From: Heteronotia binoei
Taxonomy: Eukaryota
Direction: 5' to 3'
Assembly: GCF_032191835.1 (NCBI RefSeq)
Contig: NC_083237.1
Span: 16,926,001 to 16,990,000 of the forward strand
DNA length: 64,000 bases
Below the pieces are notes generated by a model. The model was not told where the DNA came from. It saw nothing but the letters and a program-made list of their open reading frames with translations, and made no database searches. How positions within the stretch are numbered: position 1 is the stretch's first letter; the number at the start of each line of letters is the position of its first letter. A program made the translations under genes and the position numbers. Shown in pieces: positions 25,190-35,334 of the stretch.

Positions 25190-25420
25190 AATTTCTCAGA
25201 AGGAACACATGGATCTTTATTATTCTTTTTCCTCTGATAATGGCAAGAAGATTATTGTATGCTCAGAAATTGAAATCTCCAATATTACCTACAATAGGAA
25301 AATGGCTGGTGAGGAAGGTGGACCTTGCGGAGATGGCCAAACTTACCTCCTCGATCAGGGAAAAGACATTGACTGCATTTATTGCTAACTGGAAACCCAT
25401 ATAGATCCCCCCCCCCCATT
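25190..25420 (+). mobile_element. L1-like ORF2 C-terminal fragment
   Basis: MARRLLYAQKLKSPILPTIGKWLVRKVDLAEMAKLTSSIREK. Confidence 0.65.
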
Positions 25421-25599
25421 GAAACTTAAAAAAATGAATGGATGATTTACTGTTTTGAAGTAAAAGAGGAGGAAAAATAGGTTATAGATAAAGGAGAGGT
25501 CTTTTATGTAGCTGTAGAGAAGATGAATAGAGAAACTCTCTATTAAAGTCCTGTCTCACATCATATTTTATTGTGTAAAACATGAAGCTGAATGAAATA

Positions 25600-26345
25600 G
25601 TTTTTTGTGTACCATTATATCTCACCTTCTTGGAAGGTCGGACCAAGAGAGACTAGTATTCCTATTGTCAGATAAATATATTAATTTCCAAGTGGCAAGA
25701 TTTGTGACTGCCGTTATAGATTTTTTTTTAAAGAGTAATGAGATATATTGGACTAATTTCCATTTTACCACTTGTCAAGTCAACGGATTCAAGAATGAGT
25801 CAAAGTTGATACTAAAACTTCATTTATTGATAACCGGTACTCTGGCGCAAGCCTCTAGCTTGCTAAGAATGAAACCAATACATTGAAACATGGGTTTTAA
25901 GATACACTTCAAAAACATTCCTACCGGGGGGGGGGGCGTTTACAGGAGGAAACATTCACACATAACTACTAGATACTTTCTCAGGCGATATCTAGCCAGC
26001 GCCCTTGAATTGTTATGCAAGGCTTCCTCCCACCTCAGGCCCTGAGAAGGCGCCAACTATTTCCTTCACACCAGTTGCAAATCAAAATAAGAAAAAGGGG
26101 AGAAGGGAAGCAACTAAGGTAAAACATTAGCAGCAGTGGATCCATTATGATTTTAACAGGGCCTATGGCTTAGGCCCTGATCCCCCAGTCTTAAGCCATT
26201 ATTAGTCGATCTTGACACCACTTTGTGTTATTTTATTGTTGTACTGAATGTTTTATTGAGGGTTTTTTTCAATTGTTAGATCTAGTTTTTAGTTGCTATG
26301 GCATTTTGTTGGCAATACAATAAAGACTGATTGATTGATTGATTG
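25600..26345 (+). mobile_element. RTE-X-like 3' end and 3' UTR
   Basis: IISHLLGRSDQERLVFLLSDKYINFQVARFVTA, then caataaagac(tgat)n; a similar tail ends near 16680. Confidence 0.5.
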
Positions 26346-27649
26346 AATAGAGAAACTAAGATGTAGCTGTCGTAGATGAAAACTGAAACATGCTCTCTTT
26401 TTTCTCATTTTGTTTTTTCTTAATTTTTCTGTGGTTCTTTTTTCTTTTAGCCTTTTTATTGATCTTAATGAAAAATCAATAAAATGTATAAAGGAAAAAA
26501 ACTATGAAAATACATAAAGGGGGGAAAAATTCTCATCCCTCCTTCTTCCCAGTGCAGATCTGAAGAGCCATCCAAAGAAGATAAAACCATAGTACCTCAT
26601 AATACATAGAACAGCAAGAAAACAATTTACAAGCAGTGCAAAGTGCCATACAAATTGCAGAACAGATCAACCATCTTTTTGACTAGCTAGCGGTATCAGT
26701 TGGTATACATTAACCCTCAAGCACCTTCCAAAGGTATCCTAAAAAGTTGTCCTTTGAAGAGTTTTCAAATTTTGTTCCACTTGACCAAAAAAGTCAAGGT
26801 CATGATCACAGTATGTTAAACTGACCGTGTCTAATTGCTGTGTACATGGAACCCGTCAGTGTGATGATTGTCCCCAGAATGTGCAGTCTATCTAGAAAAC
26901 ATTGAGTAAAAGTGAGGGCTATGAAGGATTTGTGTGCAGAGCTTTTCTTGTAGAAAAAGCCCCGCATGAGCTCATTTGTATATTAGGCCACATCTCCTGA
27001 TGGCAAGCCAGCCGGAATTGCGTTCCTGCTAAAAAAAAAAAAAGCCATGTGTGTGTATATATGTCAGAGAGAACATTTGGGGGGCTGGGGCAAGAAATGC
27101 TGAAAGTTTCTAGAAGGAGTTAGGTCAAAACATGGATTGTTCTGTTGGACATGTGCTGTCTAATGAATCTGATGCAACATTAGTGGCTGTGCTGTTAGCA
27201 CAGACATCTGTAGTTAAGGCACATATAACAGAGGCTCCCTACTATATCATCCAAGGAAAACAAAACCTTATAGTGGAACTCCTGTAATTTCTCACTGTTT
27301 GTGGAAATAAGAACAGTTGCATTATCTTAACCACAGGTCTATAATGTAGATTAGGGAAAACAGCAGGTTTTATAGCTGAGTAAAAATTAAATTGTCACTG
27401 TCTTGGTGCTTGGGGGGGGGGGGCAAAGTGGAAGGGCTTCTAGCCCCACTTGTGAACCTCCTTTTTTGGGGCCACTGTGTGACACAGAGTGTTGGACTGG
27501 ATGGGCCATTGGCCTGATCCAACATGACTTCTCTTATATTTTTATGTTCTTAACATTTGACCAAAAGTAGTCAAGTTTCTGGCTGGTCCTAAACAATTCC
27601 TAGACTAATTAAAGCAATCCATAAATGCTCAGTGTTTTTGTTCAAAGCC

Positions 27650-28570
27650 TCATCTTCTCAATTGTTTGGCCACTGCCTTGTGGATCTCTTTGTTCCGTAA
27701 ACTATAAATGATGGGATTAAGCATAGGTGTGACCAATATGTAAAAGACAGCTGTTTGCTTGTCACGATCAATAACTTCATCCCCACTAGGTCTTATGCAC
27801 ATAAAGATGAGGGTACCATAGAACAGGAAGACCACCAGCAGATGGGAGGTACAAGTGGAAAGTGCCTTTCGTCGTCCAACTCTTGACATTCGAAACACAG
27901 AGTAGAGAATGCACCCATAGGAGGTTAGGATAACTGAAAAGGGACCCACAAGGATCAATGTAGATGCAATCAAAATAATGGGTTCTGTGTAGCGGGTTTC
28001 TTTACACGTATATTTAAATACAACTGGCTGCTCACAGAAGAAGTGGTTGATGTGGTTGCTCCCACAAAAGGGGACAGAAATAGTGCAGGTCACATTGACT
28101 GAACCAATGAGAAACCCAACTGCCCAGAAAGCTGAGATGAGCTGCCACTGGTGTTTCCTGCTCATAACAGCAGTATATGTCAAGGGGCTGCAAATGGCCA
28201 AGCTGCGGTCATAGGCCATGCCAGCTAGAAGAAGGCATTCAATGCATCCCAGGCAGGTGGTAGCATACATCTGGGCTACACAGCGGGTGAAGGAGATAGC
28301 ACCATTTCCTGTTATCTGGTGAGCCAGCATCTGAGGCATAGTTGATGTGACAAAACAGATCTCCAGGCCAGCAAGATGTGTGAGGAAGAAGTACATGGGT
28401 GTGTGGAGGCATGGGTTGGTCCACACAAGTACTATGATCAGCAGATTCCCCACAATAGTAGCTGAGTACATGAGGAAGAATACCACAAAGAGAAGAATCT
28501 GAGTCTTGCGATGGTTGGAGAGTCCCACCAAGATGAACTCTGTGACAAAGGTGACATTCTCAGCTCTCAT
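27650..28570 (-). CDS. Olfactory receptor, class II, intact (close paralog of 19656-20582)
   Basis: 306-aa ORF; MRAENVTFVTEF, MAYDRSLAIC, PMLNPIIYSLRNKE. Confidence 0.95.
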   Translation of the reverse strand: MRAENVTFVTEFILVGLSNHRKTQILLFVVFFLMYSATIVGNLLIIVLVWTNPCLHTPMYFFLTHLAGLEICFVTSTMPQMLAHQITGNGAISFTRCVAQMYATTCLGCIECLLLAGMAYDRSLAICSPLTYTAVMSRKHQWQLISAFWAVGFLIGSVNVTCTISVPFCGSNHINHFFCEQPVVFKYTCKETRYTEPIILIASTLILVGPFSVILTSYGCILYSVFRMSRVGRRKALSTCTSHLLVVFLFYGTLIFMCIRPSGDEVIDRDKQTAVFYILVTPMLNPIIYSLRNKEIHKAVAKQLRR

Positions 28571-28586
28571 CCTGGGTGCAAAGAAA

Positions 28587-28790
28587 ATTTTATTTATTTA
28601 TGTATTTATTTTGTTGCATTTATATTCCGCCCTCCCCTAACGGGCAGGGCAGCTAACAACAGTTAAAATAACAGAGTGTTAAATTCAAAGTACGATACAA
28701 CCATTAAAGCATGCCAACAGTTCATACAATTTAAAATACGTACATAGTACAGTTCCAGGTGCAGCAGTAAGATTCCCAGTTGCAACCGTT
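28587..28790 (-). mobile_element. L2 3' tail abutting the OR acceptor
   Basis: Reverse complement ttgttagctgccctgcccgttaggggagggcggaatataaat...(taaa)n. Confidence 0.65.
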
Positions 28791-28797
28791 AAACACA

Positions 28798-29608
28798 GAC
28801 CAATTTCCCACTTGGCTTGTTCCCATGTCGGCGCTCTTTTCCCCTGACGCTTCCGTCTGATTTCACACAAACTGCCGCAGGGCTGCGACTTGCCCTGCCT
28901 CTTTCCCATGGCACAGGGAAAAAGCACTAAAGCATCCACAATAAAGAATAGTTTCTATTCATATACAAAACATAGAAACCTTGTGCAATGAATATTACAA
29001 AGGTGCAATGGTATTCTCTGCAGAATAACAACGGCCATTGCCATGTATAATGTTGAGCTGTTGCCATGTATAATATTGTAAAAGATACTGAAGCTTGTAG
29101 AAGCCACGTGTGAAACAGGGCCATATGTGCATCCCTGTTGCGTCAATGTGCCTTGCTGTCGTTATGATCTACACCAGTTATGTCTAGAGAAGAAATGGAG
29201 CGCTGGACTCTGTTTTCACGGCTTATCTTATCACATTCCGACCCCTTTCTACAAAAACAAGAACTCTCATTGTAAATTTGAACTAATGGGACTTGGATGT
29301 GATACCATTGCACTTTTGTAATATTTATTGCACAAGGTTTCTATGTTTTGTATGAATAGAAATTAATTATTCTTGAGGCTGGTTTATCATGGATGCTTTA
29401 GTGCTTTTTTCCTGCTCCATTTTTCCACATTACTCTTTTTTGGGTTGCTCTTCTTCTGGCAAGCAAGATCCTCTGAAAACTGGTTTCTGTTTGCCACAGG
29501 AAAGAGGCGGGGCGAGTCGCAGCCCTGCGGCAGCTTGTGCAAAATTGAATGGAAGCGTTGGGGTGAAAAGAGCTCTGATAATGAAACAAGCCTATTGAGG
29601 AATTGGTC
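28798..29608. mobile_element. Foldback MITE with a retroelement-like insert in its loop
   Basis: 28798-28915 is the reverse complement of 29495-29608 (gaccaatt...aattggtc), flanked by aca/aca; inner inverted arms about 28920-29025 and 29298-29405. Confidence 0.7.
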
Positions 29609-30069
29609 ACACAAACCAACCTGTGAAATTCAGCACCATTCGGGGTGTGTTTGTCCCCAGATTCAGGTATATTGGATCCAAAAATATCAGTGCCCTTGAA
29701 ATTCCCAAATTCCAATACCGATATGATATTTGGACCTGTGACTTCACTATGGGGACCATTATAGTCAATGGGGAATCTATCCAGGGGTATTTGTGAGGGG
29801 TTTGTTGTTTGAGACAGAGGCACCAATTTTGCAGCGTCTCTGATAGTGCCTCTTTTCAGAAGAACCCCCAAGTCTCAATAATATTGGATGAGGGGGTCCA
29901 GTTGTATAGGCCCTTAAAGAAGGTGCCCATACCCTCTATTTTTTCCAGTGGAAGAAAAATAGCCACGAAAGGAAGAGTAACAGAAGCACAGCAGAACAGA
30001 ATCAAAGTCCCAGAAAGAGTTCCTTTTCAATTTCAATTTCAGACCTTTAATAGCATAGCATATAATACA

Positions 30070-30970
30070 GAAAAGGATTTGAATAGACAAAATAAGTCAG
30101 GATTAAACTTAGATTATTTTTGATTTAATTTCCACCCATTGGTTCTGGTCCTACCTTCTGGGGACACAAAAAACAATTCCACACCATCCTCTATATGACA
30201 GCCCTTCAAGTACTTGGTGATCATATCACCTCTCAGCCGCCTTCTCTCCAGGCTAAACATGCCCACCTCCTTCAACCTTTCTCCATAGGACTTGGACTCC
30301 AGACCCCTCACCATCTTCGTTGCCCTCCTCTGGACCCATTCCAGCTTGTCTATATTCTTCTTAAAATGTGGTACCCAAAACTGAACACAATACTCCAGGT
30401 GAGGTCTTACCAGAGCAGGGTAAAATGATGCCATCACTTCATCTGATCTGGACACTATACTTCTGTTGATACAGCCCAGAATTGCATTTGCCTTTTTAGC
30501 CACCACATCACACTGTTGACTCATGTTCAGCATGTAGTCCACTAAGACCCCTAGATCCTTTTTGCACATACTACTGCTAAGACAAATCTCCCCCATCCTA
30601 TAACCATGCATTGGATTTTTCCTACCTAAATGCAGAACTTTACATTTATCCCTGTTAAAATTCATTTTACTGGTTTTAGCCCAGTTTTCTAGCCTTTCAC
30701 GATCATCCTGTATCCTTCTACTGTATTTGCAACCCCTCCTAATTTAGTATCACCTGCAAATTTAATAAGCATTCCCTCTATTCCTTCATCCAAATAATTT
30801 ATAAAGATGATGAACAAAACAGGTCCCAGGACAGATCCTTGAGGCACTCCACTTGTCACTCCTCTCAAAGAGGATGAGGAACCATTCAAAAGTATGCTTT
30901 GGGTGTGATCTGTCAACCAGTTACAACTCCATCTAATAGTAACAGGATCCAAACCGCATTTTACCAACTT
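30070..30970 (-). mobile_element. CR1 ORF2 (RT) fragment
   Basis: SGVPQGSVLGPVLF...GMLIKFAGDTKLGG and FNRDKCKVLHLGRKN...RPHLEYCVQFW...RRRLRGDMI. Confidence 0.92.
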
Positions 30971-31329
30971 GGATCAACTAGGTAGTCTTCATTACTCAGA
31001 AGTAGTTCTCTTTAATGAAAAAACCTTCGACACCCTAACCTAGACAATGGTGCAGAGACATGTCCAACTACAAAGCTCCCCCCCCCCCCCACACACACTG
31101 AACATTCTTATAGTATGTTTCTCAAATCTATTTATAATGACTCTCCAAGAAAGGTGCCACACTACCATTTTTCTTTATATGGCTGAGAACTAAACACTTT
31201 CTTGTTTCTCAGTTAGAAAGGTGGGATGCTCAGAATTCTATATTCTCTAGCAGACATTAGTTTTGGAAGCCTGGTTTTGATTTGCCACACCAAGGTGGGC
31301 TTGAGCACTGAAAATTCCTCCTTTCCTTC

Positions 31330-31864
31330 TAGGGTTGCCAAGTCCAATTCAAGAAATATCTGGGGACTTTGGAGGTGGAGCCAGGAGACTTTGGGGGGTG
31401 GAGCCAGGAGACATTAGGGTTGGAGCCAAGATCAAGGCTGTGACAAGCATAATTGAACTCCAAAGGGAGTTCTGACCATCACATTTAAAGGAACAGCACA
31501 CCTTTTCAATTCCTTCCTTCCATAGGAAATAACGAAGGATAGGGGCACCTTCTTTTTGGGGCTCATAGAATTGGACCCCTTGTCCAATATTTTTGAAACT
31601 TGGGGGGGTATATTGGGGAGAGGCACTAGATGCTATACTGAAAATTTGGTGCCTTTATCCCAAAAAGCAGCCCCCCCCCCAGAGCCCCAGATACCCACAG
31701 ATCAATTCTCCATGATTTTCTATGGGAATAAATCTCCATAGGGAATAATAGAGTTCCCAGCGGACATTTCCCTCCCCTCCCCCTGCTTTCTGATGACCCT
31801 GAAGCAGGGGGAGGGTCTCCAAACTGGGGGATCCCCTGCCCCCACCTGGGGATTGGCAACCCTA
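31330..31864. mobile_element. hAT (Blackjack-like) MITE
   Basis: tagggttgcca/tggcaacccta; TSD tttccttc/ttcccttc; empty paralogous site near 24560. Confidence 0.9.
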
Positions 31865-33193
31865 TTCCCTTCTTAGGTGGAGCCAAGCCAATTTACAGCT
31901 GTGTCCGCAACTTATTTTTTACTGATAAACTGAGATCCATCCCCTTTGTTTTGTAAATTCGGGGCCTAATCCCTGAAACTCACTGGATGACTTCGGGAAT
32001 CAAATACAATCGGTATGCAGGTGACTTTGAGAAAGTCTTCTTGTTCTACATACCACAATGGCACAAGTCAAGGCTTTTTGTAAGCATCCTAAATCCTTTT
32101 ACAAATAAAGCTAAAGGCACAACATGCCCACTGTTAATAGAATAAAATTTACTAGAAAAAACAAAAGAAGAAGAAGATATTGGATTTATATCCCGCCCTC
32201 CACTCCGAAGAGTCTCAGAGCGGCTCACAATCTCCTTTCCCTTCCTCCCCCACAACAGACACCCTGTGAGGTGGGTGGGGCTGGAGAGGGCTCTCACAAC
32301 AGCTGCCCTTTCAAGGACAACCTCTGCCAGAGCTATGGCTGACCCAAGGCCATTCCAGCAGGTGCAAGTGGAGGAGTGGGGAATCAAACCTGGCTCTCCC
32401 AGATAAGAGTCCGCACACTTAACCACTACACCAAACTGGCTCTCCAAAAAACCCAAAGAAATTCAAGTGACCCCATTGCAGAAGATAACCTCCCAGGTGT
32501 TCACAACAAGCATGATGGGATTTCCCAGGATTTCTCAGTGACCTCAAGGGAAAGCCAACACCATCCTCTCACACAAGTGCTAGTGATGGAGAGTTTGATG
32601 CTTTGAAAAGGCTGCTGTCGCTGCCAGCTTCTCAGTGGCCAGACAGCTTCTACCTTGTTCTTCCATTATGAGGGCAGAATCCATGTAGAATACTCTGGCT
32701 GCTCAAGAGCAAGAACTGAATATCCTTGAAAAGTTAATTTTGGGATTTGGACACAGACACACCCGGGGGGGGGGGAACTATTGATTATATATTATAGTTG
32801 GGAATATCATACTTAATTTTCTACCGGTGTCACTCCAGAGTTGGAAACGACTGGTGCTTGCACAGGGGACTACCTTAACCATTAGACATTAAAATCTCCC
32901 CAGTGCTATTAGAAAGAAAGTGGTAAAAAACAACAACACTCAGAATTTCCAAAGAGGATCTCAGTTCTCAGTCCATCTAGCCGAAGGCTTTCTATTTCAA
33001 TTTGCAGCTACGCTCCACGGACACTGGCAGATATCTAAGCTCCATGGGTTAACTGGAGATAACTTGGATCTTACACATAAAAAGGCAGGAAGCCACAGAC
33101 CATAAACTACCTTGGCTGGTCCTTCTCCATCCAATTTGTAAAGGTTTCTAAGATAAGAATCAAGCTGGCTTCTTCAAAGCTGCCCCACTGATT

Positions 33194-33281
33194 TCAGGGA
33201 CAGAAGATGGGGAGCCTGCTGCCTTTGTTCTTTCTGTGACTTCTCTTAAAAGCTATCATTAAAGGCTTGAGATTCAGGGAG
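33194..33281. promoter_or_regulatory. Candidate OR promoter-type motif cluster (homeodomain site plus two O/E-like sites)
   Basis: tcattaaagg at 33256-33265 (reverse CCTTTAATGA) between two tcagggga (reverse TCCCCTGA) at 33194 and 33274. Confidence 0.35.
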
Positions 33282-33407
33282 ACAATAAAGACTTTGGATC
33301 TCATCCTCATGGACTCCTCCTGATCCCTTTGGTGCTTTCATTTGTCTGAAAGGGTTTGTTGTTTGTACCTTCAATCTCTTGGGTGTCTCAAGCAATTAGT
33401 ATAGAAC

Positions 33408-34515
33408 AGTGTTTCCCATATGCAGGAACGTGACCCGGTACCGGGCCACGGAAGCCTCACTACTGAGTCACAAGAAAAGCCAAAGTTAGCCCCACCCATA
33501 GCAAAGCTAGCCCAACCTGCAGCAAAGCATGACCTCTGCTCTGCTTCCTTCCTTCCCCTCTCTCTCTGCTGTGCAGAGAAAAGCTATCCTTGAAGACTGA
33601 CACAGGCTGCAAAGCCTGCTCTTCATTTGGTTTCCTTCCTTCTCCCATCTCTCTGTTGTGCAGATAAAAGCTAGCCTTGAAGACTAACACAGGCTGCAAA
33701 GCCTGAGCTCTCTTTGGCTTCCTTCCTTCCTCCGTCTCTGTGTTGTGCAGAGAGGAGCTGGGCTGCCTCTCCTTCCTTCTCCCCCCCTCCCAGTGTTTGA
33801 GAGAAAAGCTGGTGTCCACTGGCACTTTAGACCCATGAAGTGTTCTGCAAGGTATGAGCTTTCCTGTGCCTTGCAGTATGTTCTTTTGGGGAGATTTCCC
33901 CAGGAGGCCTGGGTGGCAAAATAGGGGTGGTGGTTTTTTTTCAGCCGGGAGGGGCGGGGAGTGGACATTCCAGTAGCTATTTTTTTTTACCAAACGACCC
34001 CTGACTGAGGTCATCTGATGNNNNNNNNNNNNNNNNNNNNNNNNNNNNNNNNNNNNNNNNNNNNNNNNNNNNNNNNNNNNNNNNNNNNNNNNNNNNNNNN
34101 NNNNNNNNNNNNNNNNNNNNNNNNNNNNNNNNNNNNNNNNNNNNNNNNNNNNNNNNNNNNNNNNNNNNNNNNNNNNNNNNNNNNNNNNNNNNNNNNNNNN
34201 NNNNNNNNNNNNNNNNNNNNNNNNNGTCTGTATTCTTGGTGCTGGGAGGGGGGAAAGCAACAGTGGGAGGGCTTCTAGTGCCCTGGCCCCACTAGTGGAC
34301 ATTCTGGAAGTGACATCACAGGAAAAGGTGGCGTTTTGGTTCAGTGTGCTCCAGAAGTGACATCACTTGGCCCTTGACACCACAGGAAATGACATAATTC
34401 CTGTCTCCCGGCTCTACCCCCAAAGTCTCCTGTCTCCACCCCCAAATTTTAGTGGGTCATGAAGGAGAAGTGTAAAAATAACCAGGCCACGGGAAAGAAA
34501 AGTTTGGGAAACCCT
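33408..34515. mobile_element. Non-autonomous hAT element spanning an assembly gap, with internal 87-bp tandem repeat
   Basis: TIRs cagtgtttccca/tgggaaaccctg; perfect TSD gtatagaa; gtgcaga recurs at 33571, 33658 and 33745. Confidence 0.85.
34021..34225. other. Assembly gap
   Basis: 205 consecutive N. Confidence 1.
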
Positions 34516-35334
34516 GGTATAGAAGACATGTGGAGGGGGGGGGGGCTCCAAGTCACCCAAGGCCATGGTTGTTTCAGGGGTCAATTTGTAGAAAAATAGG
34601 TGGTGGAACTCATCGAGCGATTGTTATGCAGCTGCACCTACTATTCAATAGACAAGTTAGGTAGGTAGGAGGAGGGGCTATCAGAAAGGTTCAGGAGCTG
34701 TGTTCCTGTGAGCACCCGCTCAATTCAAGGGCTGGTTGTTTTACTCAAAAGGTAGTTCCTTTCTCTTCAATATGGTTTTCCAGTGAAATACAAGGTGGAC
34801 CAAGCCAAAGGGTAACTCTAAGTGCTACAACACCGCCATCTTGTTATAGCTTTCATCCCTCCTTGAACATGTGAGCTCTGGATCAAAATGAGGCCTTTGG
34901 GGCTCACTTCGTAGCAGGAACTCCTTTGCATATTAGACTACACCACCCCCCCCGATGTAGCCAATCCTCCAAAAGCTTACAGGGCTTTTCTTACAGGGCC
35001 TACTGTAAGCTCTTGGAGGATTGGCTACATCAGGGGGTGTGGTCTAATATGCAAAGGAGCTCCTGCTACAACGTGAGCTCAGCCTGGATCAATGTAAGCT
35101 GCTTTGGGTTTCCACTGGGGGAAAAGACTGAATTTAAATTAAGGAATAAATAATCAGATCAAATGAATTGCCTTACCAAAGGTTTCATGGCCTCTTGAGC
35201 AAACAAACTCTTTTTATAACCAGGCTGCTTAAAATGGCAGTTTGAGCTGAATCCCTGAGCATTCACAAAGGGTAAACCCAAACTTCACAAAACAAAGTGG
35301 GAAATTCTTCATAGGTAATGTGGTGGTTCCAACC

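Noticed and set aside
33460-34302. 280-aa ORF (and 34018-34278, 51445-51841)
   Set aside because: Open only because the frame runs through N gaps; the rest is minisatellite or MITE sequence.
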